Positions 13,616-24,270 of a stretch of DNA of 64,000 nt are shown piece by piece. Both the position numbers and the translations under genes were made by a program. How positions within the stretch are numbered: position 1 is the first letter of the stretch; every line of letters begins with the position of its first letter. A model generated the notes under the pieces. It was given only the letters and a program-made list of their open reading frames with translations. It was not told where the DNA came from and searched no databases. The stretch covers positions 141,846 to 205,845 of the forward strand of contig MU056737.1 in NCBI GenBank assembly GCA_013239625.1, in the 5' to 3' direction. The stretch comes from Lama guanicoe (Eukaryota).

Positions 13616-15479
13616 AAGGTGAGGAATAAGCTGAGGGTCACAAGAGAAGCCCAAGGTCATAGAGAGCAAGGAAAGCGACCTGCAGCTCCAAACCATGGAA
13701 AGACCCAGAGCTCAGGGCCAGCCTGAGAGAGTGGCTTACTAGTAAGGAGACAGACCCAGAAAAGGGGGTCTCCCCCAAGGATGTGAGGCCTTCCTAGTTT
13801 GGCCCCATCAAGGTGAGAAGCCCCAACGGACCCACTGCAGCTAGACTTGGCTCACCCCCACCACACCTGCCCCAGAAGCCAGGCTGGTGGGTGAGCAGCA
13901 GGCGAGCAGCAGCCCCAGCTGTGCCAGGAAAGATGCTCTGTGGATAAGAGCTTTTTATAAACATAGAGGTTTCCGGGCACTTTGGCCTTTAGTGCTGGGG
14001 CTTTCAGTAAGAATCGGAACTCTGCCCTGTCCCTTCCCGGTGGGCACAGCCCTCAGGCTGCAGCCCTGGGCAATCCCACGGGCAGGGCCCAGGCTGCTGC
14101 ATGGCCTCCTCCTGCCTTCTCCCCCATCCTTACCCTGGCTTCCAGTAAGTTACTTTTGAAGTCGGGTAATCTTTAGGTCAGTTCTCCAGGCCCCGCATAA
14201 CTATCAGGCAGCCATCTACCCCAGAAGGCAGGGCTCCCTGTCAACAGGAAAAGATCCCTGACCAAGCCTCCATCTCCACCTGAGCCCAGGGCAATCCCGA
14301 GTACAAGCCACGCACGCGCCAGCTTCTGAGAGGAACAGCCACCTGGCCACCCCCCACTCCCAGGCCTGGAGAGAAGAGTGAGTTTCTTCGAAGGCAGGCC
14401 CCACCCCCACCTCCTTCCCTGAGCTCCTGGAATTCTGAGACAGAAGGAACCTGAAATGTCCCACAGTTTGGGCCATGTACGTTCTGTTCTTGCATCCACA
14501 GACCCCCATTCACATCCAGGTCCTTTGGCCACCCCCTCCTTCCCAGGAAACTGAGAAACTGAGACTAGGACAAGGAAGAGAGTCACTCAAGGTCACATAG
14601 CAGTCAGTGGCAGAGGTGAGGCCAGAAGGCAGGCCCCCAACTCCTAGCCCAGGTTCTTCCCGTGCCTGCACAGCCTCTTGGAGCTTGTGGGAAGGAAAGC
14701 CCCAGCCTCACCGCCCTCCGCCACGTCAGTCTCCTCCCCCTCAGGATCATCTTGTTCCTCTGCTTCAGACAATGCTGCCCATCTAACTGACCCCTCCCTC
14801 CCCCCACCACAGTTACAAGCACACGTTGTCCTGTGCTCACAGGGTCATGGGCAAGGAATGTCACCCGCTCCCAGGGCCTTTGGCAGTCACACCCACCATG
14901 GCACATGCAGCCTTGGGGGCAAACACGCATGCCAGGAGGGTGCAAACAACCACACACAGAACATTCACCTAGCCTGGGACACTTCTGGAAGCCTCTCCTA
15001 CTGGGCCAGCATTTGAGGTGCTGCAGACCCCGTAAAGGGGCTCGGGACAGGAAAATCAACAACTTGAGGTCACTGCATGGAGCCTGTTAGACCCCCAAAG
15101 CCCAGCTTCAGCCCTGGTTCCCTCTCACCCCAGAGCCCACAGTTTCTAGCCTTGTCAAAGACACCCTCCCCCTCCACTGCCCCGGCAGGGTCAAACTCAT
15201 GGGAGACACATACACACGCCACACACACCCAAGAGCAGATTGGGCACTGACCCCACATGCTTGGCTTTCAGTCTCTAGCAACACAATCAGCATGGGCACG
15301 GTGCTCTTAGGGTCCCACAGTTTGGACCATATACATTCTGTTCTTGTGTCCACACAGCACCATCCACTTCCAGACATCCAGAGTTAGAGATAACTGCACC
15401 CTCCCATCCCACCTCCCTTCCCTGCACACTCAGGGTATTACATTCACTCTCCCCATCCCGAAAACATGAGCTGAGCCTC

Positions 15480-16380
15480 CTACCTTGTGCCCCAACACCA
15501 GGCCCCTTGGCCCCAAGCCCACGGCCCCCAGCACCAAGCCTTGCCCCCGCGACCCCTGGCCAGCGCCTTGGGGCCACCAGCCCCCACTGACTCGCACTTA
15601 CTGGATGCACACGGCCCGGGCACGCCCCCCATCNNNNNNNNNNNNNNNNNNNNNNNNNNNNNNNNNNNNNNNNNNNNNNNNNNNNNNNNNNNNNNNNNNN
15701 NNNNNNNNNNNNNNNNNNNNNNNNNNNNNNNNNNNNNNNNNNNNNNNNNNNNNNNNNNNNNNNNNNNNNNNNNNNNNNNNNNNNNNNNNNNNNNNNNNNN
15801 NNNNNNNNNNNNNNNNNNNNNNNNNNNNNNNNNNNNNNNNNNNNTGGCCCGGCCCGGCCGTGATCCTCGCGCCCCGCGGCCAAGCAGAGCACGGGCGGGG
15901 CCGGGACTGGGTTGCGGGCGCGAGGTCTCCGCTCGGCGCCGGCTCCGGACCGCGGGCCTGGCCTGGAGCTGCCTGAGCTCGGGCCGCCCGGCCGCCCGCA
16001 CACCTGTCTGCCGGCCCCAGCCGAGCCGCAGGCTCCGCTCCGCCGCGTCCCCGCGCTGCCCGCCGCCCGCCCGAGCGCCAGGCTCCCGGCTCCCGCCCGC
16101 CGCGCGGACAGCCGCTCCGGCGCCCGCGGCTCGGGCTGCGCCTGCGGCTCGGCCCGGCCGCGGAAGGGTTAACGCGGCGCGCGCCCCTCAGGCTCCGGCC
16201 CCCGCCTCCCGGCCCCCTCCCGCCAGCCGCGCGCCCGCAGCGCCGCCCTCTCCCCCCACACACCCCGCGCGCCCGCCCTTCCCATTGGCTGAGCCGCGTC
16301 GAGGGCTCCCCCTACCCCAGCCCCTCGCTCAGCCCCGGAGCCCCCGGGACTCGCGCGCCCCAAGAGGGGGAAGGGACCCT
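15480..16380 (-). promoter_or_regulatory. KCNH2: KCNH2 CpG-island promoter / 5' UTR; coding exon 1 probably within N-gap 15634-15844
   Basis: Extremely GC/CpG-rich, ~3 kb upstream of exon 2, with GC boxes and a minus-strand CCAAT at ~16284-16288. The expected exon-1 peptide [25 protein letters not shown] is not in the sequenced bases, so it is inferred to lie in the gap. Confidence 0.8.
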
Positions 16381-18260
16381 TAGGTAGGGGAACTGTGAGG
16401 ACAGGTGCGACGGCCGGCCTTGAGGCGGTCAGGGAGGAGTCTTGGGAATCCCGCACCCTCCCCACTCCACCCACCTAGCCACCCGGGACTGGGAGGACTG
16501 AGGAACCTGACTTGAAGGGAGAGGGCAAGTCCCTTATGCCCTGCTCCCCCACCATGCCAGGCAGGCTCGGACACACAGCATGCGCTCCATAACCAATACT
16601 GGTGACATAGGCGAGGCCTGGGCCCTGGGAGGACGAGCACGGGGTCAGGGGAGACCCGAGAAGTGTGAAGGGCAGGACAATCTGTAGGCCCCTGGCCACC
16701 AACGTTTGAGATCAGGGTGGGTGAGATTTAGGAGGGGCACACACCCACAGCAGGAGCGCTCCCCCAATGTACACACACACACACACTGCCCTCTCTGGGG
16801 TTATTCCAGGCCCTCCTGCACAGAGGGACATTCTGACAGGAGTTACGGCCTCCTAGCTGCGGGATCAAAGAGAAGACCCTGAACGCGAGGTTCCAGCCTG
16901 GGGATCCCCTCGTCCGAAGGGCCCGCCCTCCCTCTGCAGCGCGGGGCCAGCAGTGCAGGCCCAATCGGCGGGCTCGGGGCCCTGCGGCGCTGCGGCGGCC
17001 CAGCCCCTCGGAAAACCCTGGCCTAGCCGCAGGCCCCTCCCCCCGGCCAGCTGGCTCACTCCAGCTGCAGCTCCCTTATTTAGGCAAGGAGGCCTGAGGA
17101 TGCTCAAGGGCAGGCAGGGTGTCTGCCCGCCGCCTGCCCATCGCCCGCCTGGGTCTAACGGAGGGTCTCCGGGGCGCAATGTCCCCAGCCTGAGCAGCCA
17201 GGCAGGGCCTCAGGACACTCAGGGCCGGAAGGCGAGTGTTGACAGCTGAGCTGGCCGGTGGGGAGGAGTCGGCCACTGAGCAGCTGCTGGCGGGTCCCCT
17301 CCCCTGCAGCCCGGATCAGAGACCTGGGAGATGGATGGGGCCATGTGAGGGCCCCTGAGGGCTTGCAGCTGCCTCTGTCCTTGGAGCAAGGGGGTGGGTC
17401 TTGTCACTGGGGAGAACCATCGTGGGATATGGAGGGAGGGGAGGAACAAAGGACAGAGAAAGCAGCAGAGCCTGGAAGGCAAAAGGCCAGAGGAAGAGGT
17501 CCCAGTGAGACCACCCTGCCTAGACTTTCACCTGCCACCCGGGAACAAGTAGGGGCGAACCCTGGGGCCAGATGGGACCATTGGCCAGCAGATGACACCC
17601 CTTTTTTATTTGCTGGTGGGTGGGCAGTGACTCAGGGAGGCAGCCAGTGGGAGAGAAGGAGGTGGCTCCACCAGCTGATGCTAAAAAAGACCAGAGGCTC
17701 TTGCCTGTACAGTCATCCCTTCGGCCCTCTCCACCTCCGGCAGCTTCTTCACCCTCACTTCAAGATGCCCAGGACCTTTGGTGGCACAGACCCCCCTTCC
17801 TCTGTGACCTGGCATCAGGTACATCAACCCATCTGGATACTAGAAGGAACCCAGTCTATGACTCAGCTCTTCCCCCCCCCCACCCCCAGCAACCACCCCC
17901 TGGATGCTGCTTTGCCTGCACTAAGTCCAGGGTGATTCACCTGCGAGTGGGTGTCTTCCCCTCCAGGTCAAGGGATTGAGAGAGTAAAAAGGGTCTGCTT
18001 TGAAAATGGGTGTGGGGAGAGAGGAAGGGGAGAGGGACATCTGTATTGGAGAGCTGGGCTGCCTAGACTGGCCAGCTGTCCACACTGAGGTACCCATGTT
18101 CCCGTGTTCCTCTGCTCTTATCCCTTGGGGAGGATGAAGGAATCAGAGGGACCATTGATCCCCCCAATAAAGAGGAGACTGGGCCCAGAGCAGCCCTCCT
18201 TCTGTGCATAGAGGCCACAGGCAAGGAGAGACCTGTCCCCTTAGGCAAAGGAGAGGTAAA

Positions 18261-18422
18261 TCTCTCTCTTTCCCTCTCTTTCCCTCTCTTTCCCTCTNNN
18301 NNNNNNNNNNNNNNNNNNNNNNNNNNNNNNNNNNNNNNNNNNNNNNNNNNNNNNNNNNNNNNNNNNNNNNNNNNNNNNNNNNNNNNNNNNNNNNNNNNNN
18401 NNNNNNNNNNNNNNNNNCCCCC

Positions 18423-18456
<34 letters not shown>

Positions 18457-18457
18457 T
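18261..18457. repeat. (CT)-rich / (CA)n compound microsatellite spanning N-gap 18298-18417
   Basis: (TCCCTCTCTT)n before the gap; (CT)n(CA)n after it. Confidence 0.85.
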
Positions 18458-19634
18458 ATGCACAAACACCTCAGTGAGAAGTGAAAGCTGAATGGAGGTT
18501 CTGCCTTCCTGGAGGCTAAGGAGAGTCTGAGGGCAGTCCCAATGAGCCAACCCCACAGCCAAGGACTGGGACAAAGAAGAGGGACCATGAGATGGGAGGA
18601 GTTTGCCCAAAGGCATCCTTCCTGGGGCCACAGGTACCAGGCCCCAAGAGGTAAAGAGCAACAGATGAGCTGCTAGAGAAGCCTCCGCTGCCCACCCCCT
18701 TTCCACCTCCACTACCCCCAGATCCAGTAGAAAGAGGAATGTGCCCAAGCTTAATACCCAGAGCTACCAGAATCCGCCCCACCCCCACTGGGGCTCACTG
18801 AGCCATTTGCAGGGATCAGTCCTAGGAAGAGCTTCCCCAACCGGGCCTGTGACCCTGGACTGTGATGGAGGGAGGGAGGGAGAAGCTGTACTGACAGTGA
18901 GACACACGGGCACTTCCCAGCTCCCTGAAAGAGATGGTTTGGGGAGAAAAGTCCTTGGAAAAGATCCTCCCCACCCCACTCTCTGCTCCTGCTCAGTCTG
19001 AGGGATCCTGTCCTGGGAGGAAAAAAGGAATTAAAGCCTGCCCCTGCTGGTGGATCCCCAAGGAACGAATGCAGCCAAAATGGTGCCCAAAAGAGCAAGT
19101 GACAGTCACAGGGGACTGGAAAGCAGTTCCAGTCAGGTGGGCGCAGGAAAGACAGCTGATGGAATGGCTCCTCAGAAACCCCAGGGAAGAACATGGAGTA
19201 GTCCCTCACTGCGCTAGGGGAGGCTGAGACTGCACGGTGGGGCCTGTGTTTCTGTGTGATTGGGTATTGAGAAGGAAGATGTTCGCAGAAAGGAACTGGG
19301 GTTAGAGGAGAGGAAGATCAAAGAAGCAGCATGTTTCTCCACAGAAGTGGGTGCTCAGGGCTTGCTGAGAACACGAAGAGAAGGAAGGGAGGGAAGGACC
19401 CACCACAAACCCCTAGCCAGGAGCCAGAGCTCCATCCACTCACTGCCATCTGTAGCTCCACGTGCAGTGATCTTGTCAACCTCCCGCCATAGCCAGTGTC
19501 TTCTCCCATCCACCTGATAACCACCCTTGATGGGACTTTTTCCTGCCTTGGTGATATCCAAAGAAGCAAGTAAGGTGCTGGAGACTAGGATTCAGGACAT
19601 CTGACTTTTAATTCTGGCTCTGCTACTAGTCGCA

Positions 19635-20110
19635 TCAACAGATGTCTACTGGGGGCCCTCTATGTACAAGGCCCTATGCCAGACACCGTGAGGGACGGGA
19701 GGGACAAGCTAGGATCCCTCCTCCAGGGATTCACAGTCTACTGGGGCTTGAGAGAGGTGATGTGCAGACAGAAACTGCAGTCTGCGGTAAATCCTGTGGA
19801 CTACAAGGAGATGTCAAATACTCTCAACTGGAGGAGTCTGGGAGGACCTTGGGAGGGGACAAGCTTTCAGAGCAGGTCCTTGAAGGTCAAGATGCGGCAG
19901 GGCAGGAGCACTGCAGGTGGAAGGGACAACGTGAGCACAGGCATAGAGAGTGGAGAATGAAGACCAGGTTTGGGGACAAAACAGTTTGATTTAGTGTCAG
20001 TGGAGCATAGGCTAGAGCCATTAGCAGAGGGCTGAGAAGTATGGATTTTATTTTGTGTGCAAAGGAACAGTGGTGGCAGCTGAAATGTATTGTCCATGAA
20101 TATAGAAATC
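19635..20110 (-). mobile_element. L2 LINE fragment
   Basis: caacagatgtctactggg...tatgtacaaggccctatgccaga...tcacagtctactggg pattern; approximate. Confidence 0.5.
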
Positions 20111-20214
20111 ATATCTGTCTTTGTACAGATCCTAGCATATGGTCAGTATCTAATAAAGGTCTATTGAATTAATGAAACGTGTATTAATAGTTTAGAGAAA
20201 CTGAGGCAGATACA

Positions 20215-20710
20215 AACTGTTTCAGTTGTCCCAAACCCCAGTGACTTAAATCAATGACAGCATTTATTTTACTGATGGGGCTGCCTTTTGGGCAGTTTCA
20301 GCCAGGACCTCTTGTGTCTGCTCCACTCAACTTGGGACTGAGAGGCTCATTCACTCACGTTTGGTGGTTGATGCTGGCTGTCAGCTGGGACCTCAGCTAG
20401 GACAAGAGCCAGAACGCCTCCATGAAGACTTTCCTCGTGGCTGCCTGGCTTCCTCACACTGTGGTGGCTGGTTTCCAAGGGCAAGTGTCCCAAGAGAGGT
20501 CCAGGCAGCAGCTGTACCACCTTTAATAACTTAACCTAGAAAGTCACATAAAATAACTTTTGCTACAATCATGGCCCATCAGATTTAAAGAGAGGAACAT
20601 AGACCCCCTACTTCTCAATGAAGAATTGTCACCAACATAAAAAAAAAAAAAGCACGTGCAATCGGATCTATTGTCATGACCACCTTGGAAAAATATAATC
20701 TGCCACCCAA
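20215..20710 (-). mobile_element. MaLR (MLT1-type) solo LTR
   Basis: cccaaaccccagtgacttaaa...catttatttt...tggctgtcagctgggacctcagct...gcttcctcac...ggtttccaagggcaagtgtcccaagagag...aagtcaca...tagacccc; approximate. Confidence 0.7.
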
Positions 20711-23700
20711 AGCTATGAAGTAGTCCAGGGAGAGAGGGAGAAGACTTGAACCAGGTCAGAGGTGATGGAAAGGAGCCTATTTGTTGGGTAACTTTAGGAG
20801 GGTCACTAAATCTCACTTTCCTTGCCTGTAAAATGAGGAGACCAAACAAGCTGATCTCTGAGATCCCTCTTAGCCTCAACAGTGAGTGATTCCTTAATTC
20901 TGCACAGCCATGTTCTCCACCCACCACCCATCCTCCACTTTCCCTCAATACCCGTCTCCACTCCACTTTCATCTCCTACCTCTGCTTTTTGATCCTAGGT
21001 GCCCTTGAGGACAATGGTTACTTCACAACTAGGACCCTGGTCCATCCTACATGTTTATTTCATACTAAAAATAAATGGAGTGGGAGACACCTCAAGGGAA
21101 GGTGAGAAGACCCTCAGACCCATCCAGTCTCCCATTCCACCCTGCTCTGTGCTCCCCCTGCAGAGTCTCCTGAAAACAGACATATGGTACCTGCAAGGAA
21201 TCCTCAATCCAACTGGGGAGAGAGAACCAATGGGCATGAAATGCCATGAAAACAGTCTGGTGTGACACTGTGCTACTGACAATATGTCCAAGGGAATCCA
21301 GAAGAGGGAGGGCCCTGAGTGGGCTGAAGCAGCCAGGGGCGCCTCCTGGGAAGGCTGGGCCTCCTGGATTGTAAGGGCTTTTTCAGGACAGAGGAAAGGA
21401 ATGACCATCTTCACAAAGCAGGATCCCATAGGAGTCAGGTGTGGAGTCCTCCCACCAATCTACTTACCCCCAAATGAAAAAAGAAGAGGGGACAGTTTAA
21501 GTTGATTCTGTCTGAGAACTTAACAGCCATCTGTCCCTTTGATTTAAGGGTGGGGCTCAGCCTTCTCATACACAGGAAGGGGCCCTCCAAAACTTAGCAA
21601 GTAACAGAAACTCCAGAATTATTATATAGGAGGCACTGATGAGGAGGGGGAATCTGATTACAAAGATAGGGGTCTGGGAAATTTGTCTGGATACTGAACT
21701 TCCATGTATTCCTTTAAAATGAGTATTTACTAAGCACCTACTACGTATCTGACACTGTTCTAGGATATAGTTCTGGTGGTGAATGTTGTTAAATAATGCC
21801 ATCAGGGTTTGCAGAACGAGTGCATTATTTTGACATAGGTTGGAGGTTTATTTTAGGGTGTCCTTGAGAGACTGAAAAATAGTAAGGAGCAAACCGTGCT
21901 TTGGTGCCTCCTCGCCAGGGAAGCTGGCCTGGCAGGCAATCCCAAGCTCTCTTGGCTGCCCAGGAGCTGTGTCTCTGTCCAAGGTGCTGAAACCCTCCAT
22001 GCCAGGCTCTGCAGGAAACCAGGGAGGGCAGCTCAGGTGACCAAGACTGGGGCTCTCCTCCAGACCCAGAGAATTAGACAGTCACTCCAAATCATAAAAA
22101 TGCTTCTGGAACTGGACAGTGGCTCCAGGAGGCAGTACATGGTGAAGCAAGAGCTCGCGTTGCCCATTGGTTCTAGGAAGCCTCAAATCTCGCTTTCATC
22201 TGTCCAGAATGTGTCTTCCTCCCTCACCCCAACACAAGTCATCAAGGAAAAGATATGAATCCTCTGAACTTTACACTTGCAACTCTTTCCCTTGAAGTTA
22301 TCTGTTGCTTTATGAAATATTAGAGCCAGAAAGAAACACTTTCCTATTTTAGATGAGAAAACAGATTCAGAGCAGTGCAGACCCTTCCTCGGGGTTGTGG
22401 CACAGGAGAGAGGAGAGATACAAGACCCAGAGAGCTCTAGACACAGAGGTAGCTATGTTAGCTCTTCAGAACTATTCCTTGTTCACTCTGCTAAACTCAT
22501 CAGGTGGAATTTAAGCCTCCCCCAGTGTGGGTGGGAGGGATGGGCATGGGAATGCTAACCCAACACTAGTTCCATATCCTAAAGGGTATCTATCCCACCC
22601 TATGAATCTTCAGCCAATATGAAGGACCAGAGAACAGAACTCAGGCCCTACCATGTCTCCCTCTCCATCATCTCCCCAATCCACAAGCAATTATCTGTCA
22701 CGTTCTATGTGCCCCATGCTGTGAGGGACCCCTAGAGAAATACATGGCATAAAATGCAGCCCCTGGGCCTTAAAGAGTTTGCAATTAGTTGGGAAGAAAA
22801 TATGCTCACACACGAATAGACAGTATTAGAGGGGCCAAATACAAATAATGACAGCCAACTAGAAAAGTCACATGGTCCTAGATCCCAAGTGCCAAGAAGT
22901 GGTTCAGACCATGAATGCTTTGACTTCAGAACAGGGAGCAATCATTTTAAGGCTGGAAAGGGAAGGGAAGACTTCACAAAGCAGCAGAGTTTAAGGAGAA
23001 TTTGACTGAGCTGAGAACATCAGTCAGGACACCCACATCTCTGTCCCTCTGGAGAACAGAAGCCCAGTGAGGAGCCTTATGATAGGAAGGCTAAGCTGGT
23101 GAGGGTGTGAAAGTGACAGCAGTGGCCAATCACGGGCCAGGGGTCCAGAATGTTCAGGAAGCGAGATGTCTCTGTTCTCTGGAAAAGAAAGGGCTTTGAG
23201 AGCTCCCCCTTCTGGACCCACAAGGCAGAACACCATCTCGATCAAGCTCCTCTAAATCACGGGTGGACCAGTTCCTACAGCAGCACAGAGTAGAATTAAG
23301 TAAGCCAGACAACAGTGAGGACCCAGGAAAGGCCCAGATCACCACCAACAGCAGATACACCAGGAATGGCTCGTTTGCTGGTCATTGGAGGTCAAGGGGC
23401 TAATAATCCAGCGGGAAGACAGGAAAAAACAAAACACAAGGACCGAAGGCTTATCAGGACCTGGGATCAGAGTGTCTCTGTCTCACAGGTCAGTAGCAGA
23501 GATATAAAGGCTCCTCCTCCCACCCTGGTTTGGAGAGAGTCTGGAGTCTGGCCCCTCCCTGGGACACCCGAGAGGCAAGGAGAAGGGATTCTGCCCAGCC
23601 AATCTCTAGTGATGGTTGCTGGAGAATTCCCATGCTGGGCACTCTGGATGCTCAAAGCCCCAGTTCCCAAGAGACCTGGAACCACAGCAACCACACTAGG

Positions 23701-23899
23701 AAACTGGGCCAGCCTGAGGGACTGAAGGAGAGAAGAGGGGAGAGGAGGAGGGAGGAAGGGGATAGGGCCTGTCACAGTGATCCCTGACAACCTTGGCCTT
23801 CTGTATAGGGCCCCCATGGCCTGAGACAGGGGGCCACATGGTCATCATTTGAGAAACCTCAGCCTAACCCTAAAAACTCCTCATTTTCACTCTGGATCC

Positions 23900-24270
23900 C
23901 AGGAGGAAAGGGCAATTTCAAGTCCCTGTGGAAACATTCCTATCCACCCCAGTGTTCTTGGTCCAAATTAGCTTCGGAAGGGACCAGAAGAGGAGGTCAA
24001 GGAGTGAGCCCCAGGCCACACTGCCCAAGGGCACACACATGCATGCAGACACACACACACACACACACATCCATGCACATACTATACATAGCCATACACA
24101 ATCACACAGACTCATACTTACACACACACACACACACACACACACAAGCACAGAATCCGCCCAAGGCTGTGGTTCAGAAGGAAGATTCTAAACCTCAAGG
24201 AGAATCAAGTCCTAGAAATACCCAGGTTCCCTCAGGAAGTTAGTTCCATCCCCTCCCAGGAACTCCCAAA
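23900..24270. promoter_or_regulatory. Possible orthologue of the eNOS distal (~-4.8 kb) endothelial enhancer
   Basis: ETS core CAGGAAGT at 24233-24240 plus GC/GA boxes, ~4.6 kb upstream of the NOS3 ATG. Assignment rests on position and motif only. Confidence 0.35.
24032..24146. repeat. Degenerate compound (CA)n tract
   Basis: Direct observation. Confidence 0.9.

Noticed and set aside
15287-16383. Long ORFs containing X runs (also 35821-36799, 18143-18748, 37389-37686)
   Set aside because: Artefacts of translating through N gaps and microsatellites.
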